Assembly (NCBI GenBank): GCA_902550225.1 | Contig: CACCYL010000001.1 | Span: 24,941-88,940 of the forward strand | Origin: an uncultured Alphaproteobacteria bacterium | GTDB taxonomy: Bacteria > Pseudomonadota > Alphaproteobacteria > Methylaequorales > Methylaequoraceae | Length of the DNA stretch: 64,000 nucleotides | Direction: 5' to 3' | Shown here: positions 36,023-45,356 of the stretch, one piece after another | Layout: every line of letters begins with the position of its first letter | Position numbering within the stretch: the stretch's first letter is position 1 | The notes under the pieces: model-generated | What the model saw: only the letters and a program-made list of their open reading frames with translations | Database searches by the model: none | What the model was told of the DNA's origin: nothing | Position numbers and translations under genes: made by a program

Positions 36023-36996
36023 AAAGAGGCCTCCTTAATAAGTCTTGATTTATTTAAAAATTGTTTAAAGTAAAAGGTTTCTAATTTTTTTTTTTTAAAA
36101 TAATTATATAGAACATCTTGACCAATGCCTGAAATAACAACCGGTTGTTTTTTCAATAAAAATTTTTTTTGAAGTTCCAATGTTATTCGAAAGATTTGGT
36201 TTAATTGTATAGATGATATTTTTTGTGAAATTATTTTAAGTTTTTTTAAATTTTTTGATTTGTAATCAAATCCAAAACTTCTCGATAATCTAATTAGACT
36301 TTGTGTAATATTTTTTCTAGATTTGTCAGCGGTGTCATCCAGATCAATTTTTTTATCTAATCTACCTAAAACTCTATAAATATCTGATGTATTTGAGAAA
36401 AATTCCGGAATAATTTTTAGTATTTTTTTTTTATAATCTATTTGGTTTGTTACACCAAATATAGGAGTTCTTGTAAAACCTGTGTATAAAAGCTCAGCAT
36501 TATTTATTCTCGAATAATCATCTGAAAATCTATTTACGATTTTATTTTTTTTAATACATATAAAATCCGTGGTTGTTGACCCAAAATCTATAGCAATACA
36601 GCTTTCAATTTTACTTTCTAAAAATCTGCCAATACTATGCCAATTAAGTGAAATAAGGTGTTTATAGTTAGGTTTTTTTGTAAAAACCTCTTTAGAGCTA
36701 ACGTAAAAAAAATTGTTAAATCGGAGTTTATTACATTCCTTGATTAGGACTTTTGCACCTATAAGTCTGTTTTTAAAATTATCACACATTTCACCAGACA
36801 TGGTAATTCCACATTTTACTGAATTATTATTTATTATATTATTTATATTCCGGATCTTTGCTTGTAGTTTTTCTATTCCTTCCCATATCGCGCAACTTAT
36901 ATAATCAACAAATACTACCTTGTTCCTTTTATCGACACCAATGACTTTTAAGTGTGCACCACCAATATCTATTCCTAAGTGTGAAACTTTAAGCAT
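35974..36996 (-). CDS. hydantoinase/ASKHA-fold H4MPT-linked C1 transfer pathway protein (MfnF-like)
   Basis: ..LGIDIGGAHLKVIG.. and ..AIDFGSTTTDFI.. are ASKHA phosphate motifs. Its 3' end overlaps the convergent mfnB by 49 nt. Confidence 0.65.
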   Translation of the reverse strand: MLKVSHLGIDIGGAHLKVIGVDKRNKVVFVDYISCAIWEGIEKLQAKIRNINNIINNNSVKCGITMSGEMCDNFKNRLIGAKVLIKECNKLRFNNFFYVSSKEVFTKKPNYKHLISLNWHSIGRFLESKIESCIAIDFGSTTTDFICIKKNKIVNRFSDDYSRINNAELLYTGFTRTPIFGVTNQIDYKKKILKIIPEFFSNTSDIYRVLGRLDKKIDLDDTADKSRKNITQSLIRLSRSFGFDYKSKNLKKLKIISQKISSIQLNQIFRITLELQKKFLLKKQPVVISGIGQDVLYNYFKKKKLETFYFKQFLNKSRLIKEASFHAPAVSIALLLQRLK

Positions 36997-37952
36997 TAAA
37001 AATAATACTCGTATTTTTTCAAAAATATGGGTTGCGTGTCATTTAATTTTTTATGAACGTAGAAATCTGTAATATCTTTAATTGTCAATGAACTGTAAGA
37101 TTTGTTAAGTCCACTGTAGGCACTTGTGAACCTAGGATTAATTTCTATTATTAGCCATTTTTTATTTTCTATCACTATATCAACACCGACAATCCCAAAA
37201 AGACCTTTAAAATTTTTGGATATTTTATTTGCTAGTATTTCAATTTCATTTCGATACTTTTCTAACCCTCCCATAATGCAGCCTACTTGTTGAATTTTTT
37301 CTTTTTTTAAATTTAATAATTGTTCATTGCAACAAATTACTTTTGATTTACCGTTTTTACATAACATAAGAAAACTTCCTTTTTTTCCATTATAAAATTT
37401 TTGAACAAGATATCCTTTTTTTTTTTCGTAATTATTCTTGTTTATAACAAATGTATTTTCTGAACCTGCACTAGTGTCTGGCTTGCAAATAATTTTTCCT
37501 TTATAGTTAAGATTCAAATTGTAATTTTCGACAATAGGTAAATTTAATCTCCTCAACTTCATTAGCATTTTGGTTTTAGAAGAAAATGTATTTAAAGAAG
37601 AAATATTCGGGCCTAATACCTTATGATTTTGCGAAACATGAGAGTAGATTTTTGAAGAAAGATTATTTGTTTCAGGTGCGATTATAATAACTTCACTTTT
37701 CTTCTTGAATCTTTTTAAAATATCAGTGTATGATATTTCAGGATTGGTAAAGTAAGTTTTTACTTTTTTCGATTCAATTGTTTTTAAGTTTTTATTTCTA
37801 ATCACATAGATTTTTTCAATGTCACGACTCTTTATAAAATTTCTAATAATTGAATTTGTGAGATTTAGCGCTTCTCTAAAAATTTCTTTATCTCTATTTT
37901 TTAATATTGAAGACTGTGAAGTGAAGTACTCAAGTAAAATTAGTTTTTTCAT
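36996..37952 (-). CDS. ATP-grasp ligase (MfnD-like tyramine-glutamate ligase candidate)
   Basis: 318 aa. ..YLVQKFYNGKKGS.. and ..GIVGVDIVIENKKWLIIEINPRFTSAY.. are ATP-grasp C-terminal motifs. Confidence 0.55.
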   Translation of the reverse strand: MKKLILLEYFTSQSSILKNRDKEIFREALNLTNSIIRNFIKSRDIEKIYVIRNKNLKTIESKKVKTYFTNPEISYTDILKRFKKKSEVIIIAPETNNLSSKIYSHVSQNHKVLGPNISSLNTFSSKTKMLMKLRRLNLPIVENYNLNLNYKGKIICKPDTSAGSENTFVINKNNYEKKKGYLVQKFYNGKKGSFLMLCKNGKSKVICCNEQLLNLKKEKIQQVGCIMGGLEKYRNEIEILANKISKNFKGLFGIVGVDIVIENKKWLIIEINPRFTSAYSGLNKSYSSLTIKDITDFYVHKKLNDTQPIFLKKYEYYF

Positions 37953-37964
37953 AAGTTAAATATA

Positions 37965-38651
37965 ATGAGTGTTATATTAGCAGTTGATATTGTAAATGGT
38001 AAAGCTGTAAAAGCATATGCGGGAATAAGAAGTAACTACAAGCCGTTACAAATTAAAGACGAAGACTTTTCAAATCCCATCAAACTAATACGAAGTTTTC
38101 AAGAAAAGATAAATTTAAAAAGAATTTATATAGCTGACCTTGACGCAATAAGAAAAATTGGTAACAACGATGTTATTATTGAAAAAATTCTTCAAACTTT
38201 TTCTGAACTTTTTTTTTTGATAGACGCTGGATTTGATTATCCAAAAAATGTCTATAGTTATCACAAAAAAAAAATTGAGAAAAAGTTGAACAATTATGAA
38301 CTAGTCTTAGGTACAGAAACTATAAAGAATTTTAATTTCAAATGTTTTGAATTTATTAAAAAGTGCAAAATATCTGTTGATTTTAATGGAAGGGAATCCA
38401 TTTGGATAAGGAAACTTGAAAGAAAAAAACACCCAATGGATATTATTTTGATGTTCGTAAGAAAGGTTGGTGGAAGGGGGGTGGATATGAAATTTATAAG
38501 AAACCTTAACAAAAAATTATCGTGCCACAGATTATCTCTAGCTGGTGGTGTAAAAACGGATAAGGAAATTCAACAATTGTTGAAGCTTGGGTTTTGCAAC
38601 GTTATATCATCAACATTACTTCACAAGAGGTTGTCTAGGGACGGTTTGTGA
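37965..38651 (+). CDS. HisA/HisF-family (beta/alpha)8-barrel protein, H4MPT-cluster type
   Basis: MSVILAVDIVNGKAVKAY.. and ..IYIADLDAI.., ..SLAGGVKT.. follow the HisA/HisF phosphate-binding pattern. Confidence 0.6.
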   Translation: MSVILAVDIVNGKAVKAYAGIRSNYKPLQIKDEDFSNPIKLIRSFQEKINLKRIYIADLDAIRKIGNNDVIIEKILQTFSELFFLIDAGFDYPKNVYSYHKKKIEKKLNNYELVLGTETIKNFNFKCFEFIKKCKISVDFNGRESIWIRKLERKKHPMDIILMFVRKVGGRGVDMKFIRNLNKKLSCHRLSLAGGVKTDKEIQQLLKLGFCNVISSTLLHKRLSRDGL

Positions 38652-38746
38652 GTCCCTAGAATTTACTTACCTTTAAAAAAAGAGAGCAACCTTGAAAGCC
38701 ATCCGCCACCATTAGCTTTATCTGATGGCTTCATGTTGGATGAATC

Positions 38747-39256
38747 TCATTTTGCTGCAAAAGGATGTTCTGCCGAATCTTTTTCAGAAACAACGTCCTT
38801 GGCTTTTGGTTCGCCAGCAACAGCTCTTTCAATTGATTCTTTAGTAGCTTGATAATTATATTCTTGAATTTTTTTATCATCTTCAGCTAACCAGTGAATA
38901 AATACACCAACTGAAATAAACAAATCATCAGCTTCGTCTGCTGGGATTGTGCCTTCAGCCACACAATCCATAACTGCTTTTGCAACTCCGTGTTGAGCTG
39001 GACCAAACATTTGGACTGCTTGCTTTGCACCCTTGATAGTAACTTTGTTAAACATACAAGTTGCAGGCTTGGTCATTAAATTCGGTGCGACAACAGCAAG
39101 TAGTGCTGTAAAACCGTCTTTGTTGTTAGTTAAGCTATTTGCAAATGCAGTTTCAGCTGGAGTACCTCTTGGACCAATTATTAAGTCTATGTGAGCTACT
39201 TCGTTTCCATCACCTACGAGTGACTCGCCGACTAGCATTTTTGTGATTTTTGCCAT
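38747..39256 (-). CDS. fae: formaldehyde-activating enzyme
   Basis: [55 protein letters not shown] is a very close match to Fae as I recall it. Strong AAGGAGG SD. Confidence 0.93.
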   Translation of the reverse strand: MAKITKMLVGESLVGDGNEVAHIDLIIGPRGTPAETAFANSLTNNKDGFTALLAVVAPNLMTKPATCMFNKVTIKGAKQAVQMFGPAQHGVAKAVMDCVAEGTIPADEADDLFISVGVFIHWLAEDDKKIQEYNYQATKESIERAVAGEPKAKDVVSEKDSAEHPFAAK

Positions 39257-39298
39257 ATTTCCTCCTTTTAGAGATTACTATAAATTCAATATAAATAA

Positions 39299-40138
39299 TT
39301 ATAATGAAAACTTGAATATATCTCTAATTTTGTCTATTAGCAAGGTTGTAACAGTTAAATCAGCACAAGTCCCCGGATTAAGATGAAATTTTTTCAAGTA
39401 AAAATCTAAATCTTTCAATAAAATTCTATTGTTTTTCAGAATTTTAATTTTTTTTTTAAGATTTTGAGCTTTTTTCATTACTATTTGTGCTTTTTCCTTG
39501 CCAAATTTTCTTTTTAAATGACTGTCTAAAGAGTTGGATAAATAGTTTATATACAAGATTTCGGTTGCTATTTGTTTGGATGTTTTTTGCTTTATTGATT
39601 CGAGTATTGGGAGTCCAAAATCAAATATTTCTTTATAATTATCAATATAACATTTTGATATTCTATCCCAATTAGATCCAATTTGCATAATTTCATTAAA
39701 GTTAAGTTTTGAGGATGCAAATACATTTCCAGAACCTTTGTAGTTTTTTATTCCTCCTGGTTCAACCAATTTAATTGCATTAAAAATTTGTTCCCCGTCT
39801 TTTTCTGAAATGGAATTTAAAAAATTATTTAATCTTTGTTTAAAATTTTTAAAACCATCGATGTAAACTCTCAAAATTGGAGCACATAAAATTATTATTC
39901 CTAAATTATAGTTTGAATTAAGGGCAATTTTACATTTTTTAGCTGAAAGGAATATAGATTCCCCAAAGGATAGTTTTTTATTTGCTAAAAAATTTGATGA
40001 AATTTTGGCTGCATATTTAAATTTCAATTCACTCATTCCGTGAATTTTTGAGTAAACACTATGATTTCCTGGTTTAAATGCTTTTAATTCGTAACAGCAT
40101 GTCTGGTAGTATATCTTTTTAAGAATTTGTGAATTCAT
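39299..40138 (-). CDS. triphosphoribosyl-dephospho-CoA synthase (CitG/MdcB)-family protein, H4MPT/methanofuran-linked
   Basis: ..ELKAFKPGNHSVYS.. (the KPG motif near the N-terminus of CitG-like proteins). 279 aa. Confidence 0.55.
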   Translation of the reverse strand: MNSQILKKIYYQTCCYELKAFKPGNHSVYSKIHGMSELKFKYAAKISSNFLANKKLSFGESIFLSAKKCKIALNSNYNLGIIILCAPILRVYIDGFKNFKQRLNNFLNSISEKDGEQIFNAIKLVEPGGIKNYKGSGNVFASSKLNFNEIMQIGSNWDRISKCYIDNYKEIFDFGLPILESIKQKTSKQIATEILYINYLSNSLDSHLKRKFGKEKAQIVMKKAQNLKKKIKILKNNRILLKDLDFYLKKFHLNPGTCADLTVTTLLIDKIRDIFKFSL

Positions 40139-40140
40139 TT

Positions 40141-41016
40141 TTACTCTAATACTTTTAGAAAATCACTTACTAAAACTTCTGTGATATTTTTCTTACTTAT
40201 CTTTTGTATTGCTTTCCAAGATGGAATACTATTAACTTCCAAAACATAATATTTTCCTTTATTTTTTTTTATATCAATTCCTCCATAACCTAGTTTGAAA
40301 AGTTTTGAAACTTTAATACACATTTTTTTGACTTCGTCGGTTATAGCGAATTTTTCTAATACGGCACCTTGATAAGCATTTGTGAGAATCTTTCTTGAAG
40401 ACCTCTTCATACTTGTTACATGTTTATGATTACTTACTAAGACTCTAACATCCCAGTGTTTTTTTTGGTTTAAATCTCCAATAAAATCTTGAAGATAAGA
40501 AACATTTCCTACTGGTTTATTTTTACTTAAGTTTGATTTATTTTTTATGAAAGCAATATTTTTACCCTGTGATCCAAAAATTGGTTTTAGCAAATAATTT
40601 TTTTTTTTTAACATTTTAATTTTTCCAATCTTTACCAATGTACTTGGAGAGTTTATAGAAGCTATTTCTAAAAGCCCTGTTGTTCTAACTTTATCAACGG
40701 TCATTTCAATTGTTTTTGGAGAATTATGAATGTAAATACCAACTTTTTCTAAAAGATGAAGAAAAGTTAATTTTGTGGTTACCTCCTCTAATGTTCCATT
40801 GTTGATAAATCTTAACCAAACCCCTTTTATTTTTTTTAGTTCCGGATTAAGAAAAAATTTACCTCTTTGAAAGTTTGCTTGTAGTTCATCAAATTTTAAT
40901 TTTATAACTTTGCAACCTCTCTTTTTTAAACTTGATTCTATTTGTTGACTATGCCAATCGTGTAAATCACCAATGATTGCTACAGATAGCATATTATGAT
41001 CTGAACGATTGCTCAA
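40141..41016 (-). CDS. RimK/MptN-type ATP-grasp alpha-L-glutamate ligase
   Basis: ..LLKPIFGSQGKNI.., ..YLQDFI.., ..GYGGIDIKKNKGKYYVLEVNSIPSW.. follow the RimK-family pattern. Confidence 0.65.
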   Translation of the reverse strand: MSNRSDHNMLSVAIIGDLHDWHSQQIESSLKKRGCKVIKLKFDELQANFQRGKFFLNPELKKIKGVWLRFINNGTLEEVTTKLTFLHLLEKVGIYIHNSPKTIEMTVDKVRTTGLLEIASINSPSTLVKIGKIKMLKKKNYLLKPIFGSQGKNIAFIKNKSNLSKNKPVGNVSYLQDFIGDLNQKKHWDVRVLVSNHKHVTSMKRSSRKILTNAYQGAVLEKFAITDEVKKMCIKVSKLFKLGYGGIDIKKNKGKYYVLEVNSIPSWKAIQKISKKNITEVLVSDFLKVLE

Positions 41017-41959
41017 CTAGCTCAAGACTAACTTCACCAGACGAGTATGATTGACCAGATTTCTTTGAGTTTAATAAAACTGTTGCTGGACTGAATAAAG
41101 AGCCATCGATTTTATAAAAATCTTTTTCATAATCCAAGAAAATTTGTTTAAATGGTTTTCCGTAGTCTTTTGAATTAAAGCTTGGAAGATTTTCCGCTAA
41201 TTTTTTTATTTCATTATCATCATCATCTATGCAAAGATAGACTCTTCCTCCATAAATTATAGCGTCATTTGTTCTTCCCATCCCTGAAATAAAATCACTT
41301 GCAACTGGAGGTAGAGGCGCAGTGGCGATGCCAAATAAAACTTTTTCAAGAGGGTAATTTAGTTCATGTATTTTGTGAATTGCAACCTCTAAAACTCTAG
41401 AGACTATTTGAATAGTTCCACAAATAGAGGTGGTTGGTGTTAAAATAAAAGTTATTTCTTCTGCTGGAACATTACAATCAAAAGAAACTTTTTTTACAAT
41501 TTCATCTGGCGGGGTTTTATCGACTTCAAGAACTATTGAGGTTGCAGAACTTTTATCAGTATACTTTAACTTTGAGAAGATTTCTTCTTTTTGTGCCAAC
41601 GATCTGGCTGGTCCCGATCCTAGAGAAAAGAAATCCTTATGACTTAAGCTCCAACCAGCATATTGAGACCCCAAACATGCCAATACCGGGTTTGAAGCAT
41701 GCACTGAAATATTATTAAATGAAGATTTTGTTTCAAATGAAGGTGTAACACTTACCTTTCCTAGACCACCAAGACAAATTTCCGAAATTTTTATTCCAGC
41801 TTCGATACTTCCATAAGTGTCAATGCCAGCATCAACAATTATTGAATTAAGGGGACCCTTTTTGATAATTAAGCCAAGACCATCTGCGTTTTTGATTAGA
41901 TTGTTTAGTAGAAAATTAGAATGTTTATTAATACTATATTTCACCATCTGGAAGCTCAA
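40994..41959 (-). CDS. mch: methenyl-H4MPT cyclohydrolase
   Basis: 321 aa. ..VDAGIDTYGSIEAGIKISEICLGGLG.. and ..ACLGSQYAGWSL.. match Mch. Confidence 0.88.
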   Translation of the reverse strand: MSFQMVKYSINKHSNFLLNNLIKNADGLGLIIKKGPLNSIIVDAGIDTYGSIEAGIKISEICLGGLGKVSVTPSFETKSSFNNISVHASNPVLACLGSQYAGWSLSHKDFFSLGSGPARSLAQKEEIFSKLKYTDKSSATSIVLEVDKTPPDEIVKKVSFDCNVPAEEITFILTPTTSICGTIQIVSRVLEVAIHKIHELNYPLEKVLFGIATAPLPPVASDFISGMGRTNDAIIYGGRVYLCIDDDDNEIKKLAENLPSFNSKDYGKPFKQIFLDYEKDFYKIDGSLFSPATVLLNSKKSGQSYSSGEVSLELVEQSFRS

Positions 41960-42902
41960 GATTTCTAGTAAATTTATACGATATTTTTTTTAATTTATCT
42001 CTTAGAATTTTTAATTTTTTTGATTTGCAATGAACAAGGCAAATTGGTTCGTCCTTTTCTATGATCTCATTCTCACGAGGGAGCTCAGAGAAATTTTTAC
42101 TAAATTGAATATTTTTAATATATTTATATTTGTTTTTATCTAATGTTATTTTTTTCTTACTGTAAATTATATGAGTTCCAAAAAAAAAATTTGGATTTTT
42201 AAACTCTTGTTTTTCAAAAGATTTTTTAAAAATTGCTTTGTGTTTCGAGTAAATCATGTTGGTGCTTAAACCTGGTCGAGCATTAAGTTCAATAACGAAC
42301 AATTTTTTTGTTTTAAATTCCAAAATTAAGTCTAAATTATTGATACCATTTAAGTTGTAGAAACGACTTATCTTTAGACAAATTTTATTTAATTTATTAA
42401 TTATAGTCTTTTTTAATTTCTTTGATACGATAGACTCAATGATAAAGGGATTACAATGGTCTTTTCTAAAAAGCTGTTTACATATCGATAAAATTTTAAT
42501 GTCAAGATCCTTGCTGTAAAATTGAATTGAAATATGTTCACCTTTAATTATTTTTTGAAAATATTGAGTTTTATTTAGTTTTATTTTTTTTATGTAATTG
42601 TGGATCATGTTACCTCCAAAAGATTTAAAATCTTTCACCAGGTAATTTGATGAAATGTCTTTTTTAAATGTCCAATGAGGTATACAGATTTTATTTTTCT
42701 TTAAATCTAAAAAAAAATTCTCAGACTTAATTTTTTTATGTAAATAAATACTGTTTCCTTTGTTTAATTTTAGGTTTAGCGGCAACTCTCTCTCTAGAGA
42801 TTCAGAAAAGCCAGACCCAATTATAAACTCTAGGTCTTCATTTTTTTTTATTAAATTTATAAAATTAGAAATTTTTTTATATTCATGAAAATCAGCTAGC
42901 AA
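41934..42902 (-). CDS. ATP-grasp domain protein (H4MPT/methylofuran cluster). The true N-terminus probably extends to about 43022 or 43046
   Basis: ..FVIELNARPGLS.. ATP-grasp motif. The ORF-track start is TTG at 42902. The in-frame upstream sequence KKKILLIALSCEDLAKIFFRLNYNVYAVCKY.. looks like the genuine pre-ATP-grasp domain but contains no ATG/GTG/TTG. Confidence 0.6.
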   Translation of the reverse strand: MLADFHEYKKISNFINLIKKNEDLEFIIGSGFSESLERELPLNLKLNKGNSIYLHKKIKSENFFLDLKKNKICIPHWTFKKDISSNYLVKDFKSFGGNMIHNYIKKIKLNKTQYFQKIIKGEHISIQFYSKDLDIKILSICKQLFRKDHCNPFIIESIVSKKLKKTIINKLNKICLKISRFYNLNGINNLDLILEFKTKKLFVIELNARPGLSTNMIYSKHKAIFKKSFEKQEFKNPNFFFGTHIIYSKKKITLDKNKYKYIKNIQFSKNFSELPRENEIIEKDEPICLVHCKSKKLKILRDKLKKISYKFTRNLELPDGEI

Positions 42903-43033
42903 TATTTTATAACAATATTTTTCAAGGTTAAGACTTTTATATTTACAGACAGCGTAAACATTATAATTGAGTCTAAAAAATATTTTAGCTAAATCTTCGC
43001 AAGATAATGCGATTAATAAAATTTTTTTTTTTG

Positions 43034-43930
43034 CTAAAGTGTCAATATTTCTCTTGCGGTAGTTAGTGCTTCTTCAAAATTTAAATAAAGTGGTTTATTA
43101 GCTGTACACATTTTTTCAAACATCCTATATTGTGTTTTTACTTTTATATCGCCCGAGGTTAATGGCCCAATTGATAACCCGCCACAACTATGTTCTGTAT
43201 CGTCGTCTTTCAAATCCACTCCACCCAATCCTGCAGGTGGAACTGCATTAACATCTGCAAGAACTTTTGTATTCTTTGCAAGTTTTAATTGTTCCTCGCT
43301 AATGACTTGGGTTCCAGCCCTGGCAGCACAAAAAATTATATCTGCCTGAGGTAAATATGAAGAATTTAATTCGTCTGTTGTTCCGTCTGCTGGAATTATA
43401 TCAACACCAAATCGAGATTTGTATTCTTCGGCTTTTTTTTTAACATTTGTGATACCGTCGTAACCGACTATTGTACATTTTGAACCCTCTTTGGCACACA
43501 TTATTGCTGAAATTCCACCAACTATTCCTTTTCCACCGTAAATAATTATATTTTTATCTTTTAAGTTTGTATTAAATTTATTCTTTAATGTTTTTTCTGT
43601 ACAAGCAACCATGGCAGCCGCTGTTGTAAATGAACCTGCTGGGTCAGGAAAAACTGATATTTCAAAAGGCGGAACCATAGATTCTTTTGCAGTATTCATC
43701 ATATCTAACGCTAAGGACGCGTCTTTTCCGCAAATAAAAACTCCGGTTTTTTTTGCATTATTAATTGATCTAGAAAAAATTGCATCCTGAACCAAACCTT
43801 TTACATCAGTAAGATTAACATTTGTGTAAGGGATAACTAAATCATAACCAGCATCGCATGCCATGTTGACATCAAATGGACTCACATTACCTTGGGGGCT
43901 AATCATATGAAGAATATTTTTTTTAGTCAT
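43034..43930 (-). CDS. mtdB: NAD(P)-dependent methylene-H4MPT dehydrogenase
   Basis: ..ILHMISPQGNVSPFDVNMACDAGYDLVIPYTNVNLTDV..QDAIFSR.. and ..FPDPAGSFTTAAAMVA.. match MtdB rather than MtdA. Confidence 0.88.
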   Translation of the reverse strand: MTKKNILHMISPQGNVSPFDVNMACDAGYDLVIPYTNVNLTDVKGLVQDAIFSRSINNAKKTGVFICGKDASLALDMMNTAKESMVPPFEISVFPDPAGSFTTAAAMVACTEKTLKNKFNTNLKDKNIIIYGGKGIVGGISAIMCAKEGSKCTIVGYDGITNVKKKAEEYKSRFGVDIIPADGTTDELNSSYLPQADIIFCAARAGTQVISEEQLKLAKNTKVLADVNAVPPAGLGGVDLKDDDTEHSCGGLSIGPLTSGDIKVKTQYRMFEKMCTANKPLYLNFEEALTTAREILTL

Positions 43931-44901
43931 AACCTTTCTTTCTTTATCAATTTCTTTCCAAAATTCCTTCCATCAACTTTAAATAATTCTATTCCTCTCA
44001 TTCCACTTAAATTAATATAATTTTCTAAATATTTTAACAACTCATTTCTTTTTTTTGCGTTTTCAAAAAAAATAAAACCGGTTGGTCCCCATGAAGACTG
44101 CCCAAAACAATTAATACCATTTATTTTTAAATTTAAAAAAATTTTTGCTATAATTGGGCTCGCAAATTTATTCTTGTTTCCATAAAAAAACTTTGACATG
44201 TTATCTTGAATTTCTCTGAGACCGTTTGAAAATTCTATGAAGTTTTTCTCAATAATTCCTGGAATAATATTCATAACAAGTGACTTAAAGTTGGAATTTG
44301 AATAAGTGTGTTTTGATTTTTTTAATTCTCTAAATTCTTTTAATTCTGTTTCTCCGTGAACACCTGTAATATTTTGATCCATTATGAGAAGAATTTTCCA
44401 GTCACTTGGCCACTTTAAATTCAAAATATTCAGGGGAGGATATGGAGATCCGTCTAATTTTCCAACATCAATATTAAATCCGCCTTTCTTGAATGATTCG
44501 ATACCAATCCCAGAACGTACTCCACGATTAAAAATTTGAGAAATATGATTAACATTCATATTTAAATTAAAAAATTCACTTATCAAATATCCTAATGATA
44601 ACGTAAGTTGCGTTCCAGATCCTAAACCATTATGAAGTGGGATTTTACTTAAAATTGTAATTTTAAAATTTGAAATACTTTTTTCTAAACTAAGAAATTT
44701 AATAATTTTCATTGTTTTTTTTTTAATTGAAAGACAGTTTGAAACAACCTCAATATTTTGAGATTTTTCAATTCTTATCCTAAAGAAAAAATCTGATATA
44801 GTTAAACCCAGACTCCCAAACTTTCTATTACTATTAAAATTTAAATCTAAAAACCCGATGTGGATTCTAGCCGGTGATTTAATTTCAAAGATTTTTTCCA
44901 T
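43927..44901 (-). CDS. mptG: beta-ribofuranosylaminobenzene 5'-phosphate synthase
   Basis: GHMP-kinase-like ..PLHNGLGSGTQLTLS.. and an N-terminal ..SPARIHIGFLDL.. pattern. ATGA overlap with mtdB. Confidence 0.75.
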   Translation of the reverse strand: MEKIFEIKSPARIHIGFLDLNFNSNRKFGSLGLTISDFFFRIRIEKSQNIEVVSNCLSIKKKTMKIIKFLSLEKSISNFKITILSKIPLHNGLGSGTQLTLSLGYLISEFFNLNMNVNHISQIFNRGVRSGIGIESFKKGGFNIDVGKLDGSPYPPLNILNLKWPSDWKILLIMDQNITGVHGETELKEFRELKKSKHTYSNSNFKSLVMNIIPGIIEKNFIEFSNGLREIQDNMSKFFYGNKNKFASPIIAKIFLNLKINGINCFGQSSWGPTGFIFFENAKKRNELLKYLENYINLSGMRGIELFKVDGRNFGKKLIKKERL

Positions 44902-44981
44902 AAAATTATTTTTTCTTTTAGAATTAAACTATACTAATATTAAATTTTCATTTTGCATAAAAAAAAAGTGGAGGAAATCTA

Positions 44982-45356
44982 GTGAATAAAAAAATTAAAG
45001 TATTCAATGAATCAGAAATTAATGAAATTTTAAGCGAAAAACTTAAAGGGTGGGAATATGACGGAAAATGGATAAGAAAAACTTTTAAGACACATAGTTG
45101 GAAATCAACTTTGATGGTTGTAAATTCAATAGGTCATCTTGCTGAATCGGCATGGCATCATCCTGACCTTCAGGTTTCATATGCTTTTGTTGAAGTTAAA
45201 CTTATGAATCATTCTATGAAAGGCATAACTCAGCTCGACTTCGATCTAGCAGAAAAAATTGATGAATTTATATTATGGAATCCAAAAAACGAAGATTCTT
45301 CTTTGGAAGGCACTCCAACAGATCCAAGATTTGCGTACATCAAATATAATAAATAA
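44982..45356 (+). CDS. pterin-4a-carbinolamine dehydratase family protein
   Basis: ..AESAWHHPDLQVSY..V.V.L.. matches the PCD/DCoH motif. GTG start with a GGAGGA SD. Confidence 0.8.
   Translation: MNKKIKVFNESEINEILSEKLKGWEYDGKWIRKTFKTHSWKSTLMVVNSIGHLAESAWHHPDLQVSYAFVEVKLMNHSMKGITQLDFDLAEKIDEFILWNPKNEDSSLEGTPTDPRFAYIKYNK

Noticed and set aside
38696-38731. Hairpin AAGCCATC-N20-GATGGCTT between the HisA/F-like gene and fae, considered as a fae terminator.
   Set aside because: The loop is large (20 nt) and the T-run on the fae strand is about 14 nt away from the stem. It is too weak to call and may be fortuitous.
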